Assembly: GCA_964248365.1 (NCBI GenBank)
Contig: CAXTYC010000007.1
Span: 60,552 to 124,551, forward strand
Length of the DNA stretch: 64,000 nt
Source of the DNA: an uncultured Chroococcidiopsis sp.
GTDB lineage: Bacteria; Cyanobacteriota; Cyanobacteriia; Cyanobacteriales; Chroococcidiopsidaceae
Reading direction: 5' to 3'
The stretch's first letter is position 1. Each line of letters begins with the position of its first letter. Positions 32,250 to 40,630 of the stretch are shown here, piece after piece. The position numbers were made by a program, and so were the translations under genes. The notes under the pieces were generated by a model. The model worked only from the letters and a program-made list of their open reading frames with translations, was not told where the DNA came from and searched no databases.

Positions 32250-35213
32250 TCATTTAGTTTCCATCCAATTTTGCCCAGCACGTACATCAACTACTAGGGG
32301 TACACTTAGTTCTAGAGCTGATTCCATCAGTGAACTGATCTGAGGCTGAAGTTCCTGCCATTCATTGGGGGGAACTTCAAATACTAGTTCATCGTGAACT
32401 TGCAATAAAAGACGCGCTTGGTAAGAATGCAAAAGCTGGTGTAGTCTCGCCATCGCAATTTTAATAATATCGGCACTGGAACCTTGAATAGGCGCATTGG
32501 CAGCAGCTCGTAATAATCCTGCATCATTAGCAGACAAACCACGTAGGTTATCAAGATCGATTTCTTCTGGTTTGCAGTTTCTAAGCTGACGTAGGCGATC
32601 GCTGGTAAAATTGAAATAACGGCGACGACCTAAAATTGTTTCCACATATCCCCTTGCGATCGCTTCCTGTTGTATCCGCTGCAAATAAGCAAATATCTTG
32701 GGATATTGCAGGTTAAACCGCTCAATAAATACCTTACCTTCTGCCGCCTTCATCCCAGTTTCTCGCGCAAACCGCTGAGCGCCCATACCATAAATTACGC
32801 CAAAATTGATTACTTTCCCTAAACGGCGTTCCTCTGACGTTACAGTTTCCTTTTCAAACAGCAGCCGCGCCGTTACCGTGTGAATATCCTCATTGTTTCG
32901 ATAAGCCTCGACTAAGACGGGTTCTTGACACAAGTGCGCCAAAATTCGCAACTCAATTTGCGAATAATCAGCAGCTACCATTAGCCAACCAGATTCTGGA
33001 ATAAAAGCCTTACGAATCTGCCGACTAAAAGCTGTACGGATCGGAATATTCTGTAAATTCGGGTTAGAAGAAGACAAGCGCCCCGTAGATGTAGCAGCTT
33101 GGTTAAAATCTGTATGCACCCGCTGGGTATCTGGACGCACCAAGGCTGGTAATGCATCCACATAGGTAGACTTTAACTTAGATAGAGTACGATATTCTAA
33201 AATCGCATCAACTACCAAATGATCGCCTTGCAGCTTTTCCAAAGTTGCTGCGTCAGTAGAGTAACCAGTTTGGATTTTACGCGACTTTCGGCGGTCTAAC
33301 TTCAGCTTGTCAAACAGTAGTTCACCCAATTTCTTTGGGGAACCCAAATTAAATTTTTCCCCAGCTACTGCGTAAACTTGCTCTTCCAGTGCGGCTAAAT
33401 CCTTTTCTAGCTGTTTCGAGAATTCCCGCAGATAGTCAGAATCAATTCTGATTCCAGAGTATTCCATTTCAGCCAAGACTGGCTCTAGGGGTTGTTCCAC
33501 CTCTAGTAATAGCTTGTGCAAAGCTGGAACTTGATCTAACTGAGTTCGTAACTTCGACACCAAGCCAAACGTGACATAGACATCCATACCGCAGTAATCT
33601 GCCACACTGGGAATGTCTACATCTGCGATCGTTTTATCTTTGGGGACTAAATCTGTGTAACTTCTGGGAGTTAAACCGAGGTAACGCTGTGCCAGATCGC
33701 TTAGATTATGACTACTATCTGGATTTAGGATATAGCTAGCTAGCATCGTTTCAAAAACAACCCCAGCTAATTTAATTCCTTGAGTGCGTAGAACCAGACG
33801 ATCAAATTTGGCATTTTGTAGAGCTTTGGGATACTTATCGCTTTCCAGAATCGGACGCAGGGTATCTAAAACCGTAGCTAGATCAAGATTATCTCCCTTT
33901 GCGTGACGGATAGGTATATACGCCATATCTGTTGATTCGGAACCCCAGCAACAGCCAATACCTACTAAGAACGCATCTCGTGGCTCTAAATCTGTAGTTT
34001 CAGTATCCCAAGCAACAGGTGTAGCCAAGGATGTAAATTTTTGTAGACGCTTAACCAGCTCGTTTAATTTAGCCGCAGTATCAATAATCTGTGGTTTAAT
34101 TGGCGAAAGGATTTGTTTTTGACTAGCTTCAGTATCAGCAGCACTGAAAAACCAAAGATCATCATCTGATTGGTAATTGGTAGTTGGTAATTGGTAATTG
34201 TCTTCCTTATCTCCTGATTCCTGACTTCTGACTTCTGACTCCTCGTTAACACCTCCAAAACGCTGCTGGAGAGAGTTAACTTTGCCTAAGAAAGATTTGA
34301 ACTCTAGCTTTTCTAGGATTGGTTCTAGAACAGAACGATCAAAACCCTGGAGCTTACAATCTTCTAGATTAATTTCCAAAGGTACATCTAGCACTAGCTG
34401 AGCCAGATGACGGGAGTGATAGGCTGCTTCTTTACCCTCTTCCAGCTTTTTTTTAGTAGCTCCCTTAATTTGATCGAGCGAAGCATAAATGTTGTCCAGA
34501 TCATTGTAGGTACTAAGTAGCCCGACGGCTGTTTTTTCCCCAATTCCCTTGACTCCGGGGATATTATCAGAAGCATCTCCACATAGAGCTTTGTAGTCTA
34601 CTACTTGGGATGGTAAGACACCCAACTTTTCTTTAACCTGCTCTACTCCAAACTCGGTGGGACCCGTGCCACCGCGTTGGATAAATGTTGTACTAAGATA
34701 CAGAACGCCTATTTCTTTTTCTGGGTCGATCAATTGAAATAGATCGCGATCGCCCGTCAAAATCTTAACTTGATATCCAGCCGCACTCGCCTTTAAAGCC
34801 AGAGTTCCCAACACATCATCAGCTTCAAACCCTGGAGCCGTCACAATTTGTAAATTCAACCCCTCTAGCAACTCGTGCAGATTTTTCAAATCAGGAACAA
34901 AATCGGCTGGTGTCCCTGGACGATCTGCTTTATAGGTATCATCAGCTTCATGACGGAAAGTAGGTAAACCCAAATCAAAAGCAACAGCCATTGCTTCCGG
35001 CTGTTGGGTAGCCATTACTTCCAGCAGTGACTTCAAAAAGCCAAAACACACACTAGTAGGAATCCCACTCGTCGTCCGCAGTCCCCCATCTTTTCCTTTA
35101 GCAAAAGCAAAATATGAGCGAAAAGCCAAAGAGTGACCATCTACCAGAATAAACGTAGGACGAGTCATCGAGTCAGAAGTAGCCGCAGGATTAGAACTAG
35201 ATACTTGAATCAT
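32250..35213 (-). CDS. polA: DNA polymerase I
   Basis: LVDGHSLAFR, EADD, TGRLSSSNPNLQNIP, DYSQIELR, KVINFGVIYGM and QVHDEL motifs. Confidence 0.98.
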   Translation of the reverse strand: MIQVSSSNPAATSDSMTRPTFILVDGHSLAFRSYFAFAKGKDGGLRTTSGIPTSVCFGFLKSLLEVMATQQPEAMAVAFDLGLPTFRHEADDTYKADRPGTPADFVPDLKNLHELLEGLNLQIVTAPGFEADDVLGTLALKASAAGYQVKILTGDRDLFQLIDPEKEIGVLYLSTTFIQRGGTGPTEFGVEQVKEKLGVLPSQVVDYKALCGDASDNIPGVKGIGEKTAVGLLSTYNDLDNIYASLDQIKGATKKKLEEGKEAAYHSRHLAQLVLDVPLEINLEDCKLQGFDRSVLEPILEKLEFKSFLGKVNSLQQRFGGVNEESEVRSQESGDKEDNYQLPTTNYQSDDDLWFFSAADTEASQKQILSPIKPQIIDTAAKLNELVKRLQKFTSLATPVAWDTETTDLEPRDAFLVGIGCCWGSESTDMAYIPIRHAKGDNLDLATVLDTLRPILESDKYPKALQNAKFDRLVLRTQGIKLAGVVFETMLASYILNPDSSHNLSDLAQRYLGLTPRSYTDLVPKDKTIADVDIPSVADYCGMDVYVTFGLVSKLRTQLDQVPALHKLLLEVEQPLEPVLAEMEYSGIRIDSDYLREFSKQLEKDLAALEEQVYAVAGEKFNLGSPKKLGELLFDKLKLDRRKSRKIQTGYSTDAATLEKLQGDHLVVDAILEYRTLSKLKSTYVDALPALVRPDTQRVHTDFNQAATSTGRLSSSNPNLQNIPIRTAFSRQIRKAFIPESGWLMVAADYSQIELRILAHLCQEPVLVEAYRNNEDIHTVTARLLFEKETVTSEERRLGKVINFGVIYGMGAQRFARETGMKAAEGKVFIERFNLQYPKIFAYLQRIQQEAIARGYVETILGRRRYFNFTSDRLRQLRNCKPEEIDLDNLRGLSANDAGLLRAAANAPIQGSSADIIKIAMARLHQLLHSYQARLLLQVHDELVFEVPPNEWQELQPQISSLMESALELSVPLVVDVRAGQNWMETK

Positions 35214-35445
35214 AAAAATATTCTAGCTATTTGCCCCAATCAGCAGACCTTCAATTTACTCTTCCCTTAATATCCAAAATCCTGGCATCAAAACGCAAAG
35301 ACACAAACAAACTTTTGCGGCTTTGCACCGGACACTTTGCGTGGGCGGGGGAACCCCCGCACGCAAGTGTCCTCGTCTTTGCGCGACAAAAATCTAAAAT
35401 CTATAATTCCAACTGAGCTAACTTCAGCCAAGAGGAATCATTTAC

Positions 35446-35475
35446 TTGACAATTATTATTATTTAAAATTAATAT
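35446..35475 (+). promoter_or_regulatory. putative sigma70-type promoter of rplU-rpmA
   Basis: TTGACA (35446-35451), 18-nt spacer, TAATAT (35470-35475). Confidence 0.6.
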
Positions 35476-35588
35476 AGTAGATTGGCTATCTAATTCCTGC
35501 TCGGATCAGGTAGACCCATGAAAAAAGCTGGAATCGAACCCTTGAGGTGTAACCCAGCTACCTGTACGGCAAAACCAATCATCAACCC

Positions 35589-36002
35589 ATGACTTACGCA
35601 ATCATTGAAACTGGCGGCAAGCAATTTAGAGTCGAAGCGGGTCGCTTCTATGATATTGAACTACTACCTGTTGAACCTAACGAGACAGTCACCATCGAAA
35701 AAGTTTTGTTAGTGCAGCATAACGACGATGTAACCATCGGACAACCGTTTGTAGAAGGAGCGACGGTAGAAGGCACAGTAATGCGACACCTCAGAGGGCG
35801 CAAAGTGCTTGTTTACAAAATGAAACCCAAAAAGAAAACCCGCAAAAAGCGGGGGCATCGTCAAGAAATCACCAGGTTGATGATCAACTCGATTAACCTA
35901 AATGGTTCAGCGTTAACCTCCCAGACAGCTGCAACACAGCCAGAGGTAACTGAACCGCAAGCCGATACACCTGAAGAGACTGCATCAACTGCGTCAGAAT
36001 AA
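35589..36002 (+). CDS. rplU: 50S ribosomal protein L21
   Basis: [12 protein letters not shown] and KKRGHRQ motifs. Confidence 0.98.
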   Translation: MTYAIIETGGKQFRVEAGRFYDIELLPVEPNETVTIEKVLLVQHNDDVTIGQPFVEGATVEGTVMRHLRGRKVLVYKMKPKKKTRKKRGHRQEITRLMINSINLNGSALTSQTAATQPEVTEPQADTPEETASTASE

Positions 36003-36064
36003 AGAATAGTTGAGATAATTCACGCTGTTCTATTCAAATCGCTAAAAGAACACAAGAGGAAACA

Positions 36065-36370
36065 ATGGCTCATAAAAAAGGAACTGGTAGTACTCGTAAC
36101 GGTCGTGACTCTAATGCCCAACGACTTGGCGTTAAACGCTATGGCGGTGAAGTTGTGCGGGCGGGTAATATTCTCGTGCGTCAGCGTGGCACTAAATTTC
36201 ATCCAGGCAATAATGTCGGTCGTGGTAGTGATGATACATTATTCGCCCTGATTGACGGTGTAGTGACATTTGAAAGAAAAGGCAAAACCAGGAAAAAGAT
36301 AAGTGTTTACGCAGCACCAACCGCAACTGAAACTTCATCTGAACAGACAACAGTTGCAGTTGCCTCTTAA
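36065..36370 (+). CDS. rpmA: 50S ribosomal protein L27
   Basis: [17 protein letters not shown]-terminus. Confidence 0.99.
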   Translation: MAHKKGTGSTRNGRDSNAQRLGVKRYGGEVVRAGNILVRQRGTKFHPGNNVGRGSDDTLFALIDGVVTFERKGKTRKKISVYAAPTATETSSEQTTVAVAS

Positions 36371-36390
36371 ATCTTGGGATTGATGTGTGG

Positions 36391-36425
36391 AAAAAGGCTA
36401 CTGCTATTTAGCAAGTAGCCTTTTT
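36391..36425 (+). terminator. rpmA intrinsic terminator (bidirectional shape)
   Basis: aaaaaggctact-gctatttagca-agtagccttttt. Confidence 0.85.
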
Positions 36426-36701
36426 AATTAATTCCTAATTCTCCCTTTTGCTCCCTCTGCCCTCTTAAAAGCTTCTAATAGCATTTGGTTTTATGGCTGC
36501 TACCAACGAATTGCTAAAACGCCTCTTGGTACTAAGGGTTTAAAGAACAAATTCTCAAAGGACAACGGATAAGTTGGTTAAGAGCGCCCCTAAGCATTTC
36601 CCAATCCGTCTTGAAAAGTTTGGCGCAAGCCAAACCGACACCTAAGCCAGCCAGCTCAACGCGCAAAGCGCGCTTGGTACTGGCTCAACTTTTCGCAAAA
36701 T

Positions 36702-37283
36702 CTAAAATCTAGAATGGTATAACGCTGTTTGCACTACTGCACCTAGCCCTAAACCTACTATAGAAGCGATCGCCAGCAACCAAAAGATTTGTTTGTTCTT
36801 CCACCTAGCTGTTTGAGTGTCTATCCTGACTAACATACTTACGGCTATCACAACGAAGATATGGGCAAATATATATAGCCAGGTAACGATGATGGCGGTT
36901 AAGAAAGCAAATATAACAGCAACGACAAAAGTTCTATTATCCGTTTTAAATAAGCTGATAAATTCGCTTCGCCTCTCTAACCACGAAGTTGATAAAGCCC
37001 GCGCTAGCAGCAAATCAGCAACCACAACCACTAGCCAAACTAATATTGTTGGGGAATTACTTGCAAAGCTAATCGGGACAGCCCAAAATGGACCAATTGC
37101 AGCAGATAATTGCCAGCCTAAGACACCATGCGTAAATAGCAGCAGGCTCAGGGAAACTAAGGGAATTTTTACGCGTTGCATAATAGAATGTTCCCTCAAG
37201 TCTACTTGAGCGTCAAGTATTGTTTGCCCAAGTAAGGTATCCTTAAAGTGGTTTTTGGAATATGTGCGATCGCACTCAAACAA
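36702..37283 (-). CDS. hypothetical membrane protein (start probably MQRVK)
   Basis: Multiple hydrophobic helices. Confidence 0.65.
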   Translation of the reverse strand: MFECDRTYSKNHFKDTLLGQTILDAQVDLREHSIMQRVKIPLVSLSLLLFTHGVLGWQLSAAIGPFWAVPISFASNSPTILVWLVVVVADLLLARALSTSWLERRSEFISLFKTDNRTFVVAVIFAFLTAIIVTWLYIFAHIFVVIAVSMLVRIDTQTARWKNKQIFWLLAIASIVGLGLGAVVQTALYHSRF

Positions 37284-37469
37284 ATTACTTGAATATATTT
37301 TCTAGCAAGTATTATTGCCTTCCCCACTATAAAGCTTATCTGCATAACTGCTAGTAGTAATAGTATCATCTCCAGCCTTGTTGTCAGGGTTCAAATCGTT
37401 TAGGCTTGACAAACAAGAGCAGATGTGTTATGGCTAAACAATAGCAGACTTTTAATTTATACACTAATG

Positions 37470-37822
37470 AGTTTCTGAGCATATCCAATAGTTTGGGGGC
37501 GGCTAAAGATGCAATCAACATCAACGTGCCAGCAGGAACCTACTATATTGGGGTTTATCACTATAATGGTGACACGAATTACGATCTATATTTATCTGCC
37601 ACAGATCCTAGTAAGACTTTTAACAGCAACTACCGTTATGGATTAGTTGATGCCGCTGCGTCTGTAGCATTTGTAACCGAAAAGACTAGTCGTTTTCCCA
37701 AAGTACCAGATTTGGGAAGAACAGGCTGGGGACTAGAATTGACACGCTATCTATTAAAGATACCATCTGCTAGAAACAAAAAGGATTTACGCTTGGCTAA
37801 CCGCGCGTCCGCTAACAACTAA
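37470..37822 (+). pseudogene. fragment of a PPC-domain/S8 peptidase-like gene
   Basis: AGTYYIGVY...TNYDLYLSAT (PPC-like), then FNSNYRYGLVDAAASV...FPKVPDLG..GWGL, resembling the segment before cyanobacterial S8 domains; no catalytic domain and no ATG start. Confidence 0.55.
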
Positions 37823-38584
37823 TTTACTCGCTCAATCTTAGTCTCAAAAGTTCCATTGCTGTGCAGCGTCAACAGTCTGAATCCTGGTTGAGTCTGAGCG
37901 ATCGCAAACTCTACACTTTTACAGTTTAAACTGCACACAAGTTGAAGGTGAGCCAAGATATTGTACCCCGCGCCGTTCGCCTTCAAATGCTTGATGAATA
38001 TAACCAAATACAACTAATTTAACTTGTGAATATCGCTCAATAACTGCAAAAAATTCGTCTGGATTTTGTAATTTTATCCGCTCCATCCAATCTGAATTAA
38101 TCGGGCAAGGTGGATGATGCAATGCAACGAGAGTCGGCTTATCAATAAGTTGCAACTGCTGCTCTAACCAGTCTAAACTTGCTTGAGATAATTGATTATG
38201 TACTTGTTTTGGTATCCAATAAGTCAGTAATAAGAAATGCCATGAACCTACGCTAAAAGACTTATCAGCCTCAATGGGTGGCTGATTTAATACTTGTTGC
38301 ATTAATGGCAAATCATCGTGATTTCCTGGTATCCAATCTGTAGGAATCTACAGGGGCGATAAGATATCTTTAAGCCGCTGATAGGATTCTTTGGTTTCAT
38401 CTTGAGAAATGTCACCAGTTAGTAGCAAGATATTTGGTAATGGTCGTAGCAAACTCAAATGTGCTACAACTGCTTGCAAAGAATCATGGGTACGCACACC
38501 TAGCATCTGTTGTTCATCTTTGGCAAACAGATGAGTATCTGTAATTTGAGCAACTAGTAAGGGGGATTTAAGCATAGAACTCAT
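37819..38584 (-). pseudogene. cpdA: 3',5'-cyclic-nucleotide phosphodiesterase CpdA/Icc pseudogene
   Basis: QITDTHLF, TGDISQD, WIPGNHD, HHPP and PSTCVQF..PGFR motifs; in-frame TAG at 38348-38350, a frameshift near 37920, and GHIH changed to GYIH. Confidence 0.85.
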
Positions 38585-39435
38585 TCAAATACTACTGTTT
38601 TATTGTGATAGATTAAGACTCGATTTTGTAAGTGCGATCGCACTGCTCTAGCTAGTACTACTCGTTCTAGATCTTTACCTTTACGAATTAGGTCATCAAC
38701 TTCGTCTCGGTGGCTAATTCGTACTACATCTTGCTCAATAATTGGTCCTGCATCTAGATCGGCTGTGACATAATGCGCGGTAGCACCAATAATTTTTACT
38801 CCCCGTTCATAAGCTTTGTGATATGGATTTGCACCTACAAATGCTGGGAGAAATGAGTGATGAATATTGATGATTTGAGGAAATTGGGCAATAAATTCTG
38901 GACTGACAATTTGCATATATTTCGCCAGTACTACTAAGTCTATGTTGTACTGTCGTAGCAATTCCAATTGTCTAGCTTCCCCTTCTTGTTTATTTTCCTT
39001 GTTGATGGGAATGTGGTGATAATCGATGCCAAATTGTTCTGCTACAACCTTTAAATCAGGATGGTTACTGATGATTAGCCCAATTTCTGCGTCAAATTCT
39101 CCCGCTTTCTTTCGCAAAATTAAGTCGAATAAACAATGTTCTTGCCGACTTACCCAGATGGCAATTCGCGGTATAGTGTCAGAAAAATGTAGTTTCCAGT
39201 CTGCTTGCAAAGGTTGAGCAACAGAGGCGAATGCTGGGGCAATTAATTCTCTGGGTAGATTGAATCCCTCTAGCTGCCATTCAATTCGAGTTAAAAACAA
39301 TCCAGCCGCAAAATCTGTATGCTGATCGGCATGAATAATATTACCACCATTAGCATAAATGAAGTTAGCAATTTTTGCTACCAGTCCTCGCTGATCTGGA
39401 CACGAAACTAACAGAATAGCTGTCTGTCTGTTCAT
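38581..39435 (-). CDS. purU: formyltetrahydrofolate deformylase
   Basis: ACT domain CPDQRGLVA; LAKYMQI, INIHHSFLPAF and GVKIIGATAH motifs. Confidence 0.97.
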   Translation of the reverse strand: MNRQTAILLVSCPDQRGLVAKIANFIYANGGNIIHADQHTDFAAGLFLTRIEWQLEGFNLPRELIAPAFASVAQPLQADWKLHFSDTIPRIAIWVSRQEHCLFDLILRKKAGEFDAEIGLIISNHPDLKVVAEQFGIDYHHIPINKENKQEGEARQLELLRQYNIDLVVLAKYMQIVSPEFIAQFPQIINIHHSFLPAFVGANPYHKAYERGVKIIGATAHYVTADLDAGPIIEQDVVRISHRDEVDDLIRKGKDLERVVLARAVRSHLQNRVLIYHNKTVVFE

Positions 39436-39877
39436 ATTCTTTACTTTTATTAATAAATAAAATTTGATAATTTAACAACTGTTAATTTATAAATAAATAA
39501 AATCATCTTGACTTTCAGCCTAAAGACTCCTAAACAAATAGTCCTCTTACACGAATATAGTAGGGTTTGTTACGGCTTCGCGCATAGCGCACCATGCAGT
39601 GAAGTTTTGAGTGCATTACGCTATCCAAGAGCGTACCCTACTAAGGTGCAACGCCAAATCCACATTAGTTTATCATGTTAGATTTTAGATGCTCAGGTAG
39701 TGTCTCTAAAATTGGGCAATCTGGGCTATTCAATTGTTGCAACCACGAATCAAAAGGGTGTCACATATAATTGCGCCTAGAAATAAACTTCATAATTGTA
39801 CATAGGTGAATCCCGTTTTCACAGGAACTTATAACTTTGTTGCAAAATTTACATTTAAGTATTGTCTAGATAAAAAA

Positions 39878-39893
39878 TGTATGTAACAATACA
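39878..39893. promoter_or_regulatory. NtcA-type binding site
   Basis: tGTA-tgtaacaa-TACa matches TGTA-N8-TACA exactly, in an AT-rich intergenic region. Confidence 0.5.
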
Positions 39894-40234
39894 TTAAATA
39901 TTAATAGATTACTCAGGAAAGGGAGAGCGATCGCCTCAGTGGAAAGTAGGCGCGGTAATGGCTACCGCGTTAATGCACAAATTATTTGCATAACTAGAAA
40001 CTTCGCAGGTAATCATTTATTGTTATGTTCGCGTTGCAACAGTATTTTTGTAAGCAGCGCGATCGCGCCAAGGGTGTTAATCCAAATTGTCAGAAGTCGA
40101 TAAATAACAGGGTGTTTTATATTACTTAGGTGCTTTGTCTTGTGCGATCGCGCCAAGCGCACAAGGCTAACGCATTGATCAAAGAAGCGATCGCTGTTAA
40201 ATGTATTTACACTTATTAACCTATTCGGAAAGAA

Positions 40235-40510
40235 ATGTTACTACAAATACTATTAATTTCTGCCGCAATGTTTTATGTAGTAATAGGCTCCTGCTTATTT
40301 AGCCAGTGGCTAGACATTATGGAGCGGGATGCCCAGATAAACTCACATATTTTACTTTCTAGAATACTTTTGGTCACAGCCACTATCTTATGGCCCATTG
40401 TAGTGCCGTTCGCTTATCTAGAATTGTTACCATCTCAAAGTAAAAAGGATATCAAGACACTAGCAGAGCAAATACACGAAAGCTTTGCCGCTGAAAGCGA
40501 GTCGGCATAG
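40235..40510 (+). CDS. small 2-TM hypothetical protein
   Basis: Two hydrophobic helices; ATILWPIVVPFAYLELL. Confidence 0.7.
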   Translation: MLLQILLISAAMFYVVIGSCLFSQWLDIMERDAQINSHILLSRILLVTATILWPIVVPFAYLELLPSQSKKDIKTLAEQIHESFAAESESA

Positions 40511-40520
40511 CAGGGAGTAG

Positions 40521-40584
40521 GTAGGGGCGGGTTTAAACAAGTTATCTGTTTGTTTACAAGTATGTCTAATAAACCCGCCCGTAC
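40521..40584. repeat. 64-bp REP-like palindromic element (GTAGGGGCGGGTTT...AAACCCGCCCGTAC)
   Basis: Terminal inverted repeat; equal-length copy at 55121-55184. Confidence 0.85.
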
Positions 40585-40630
40585 GGGAGTAGGGAAAAAG
40601 TAACCACCTACATTTCTTCTTTCTTTGCCT

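Noticed and set aside
4380..35213. Inteins in mutS or polA
   Set aside because: Protein lengths are normal; the inserts are short repeat-derived peptides without splicing motifs
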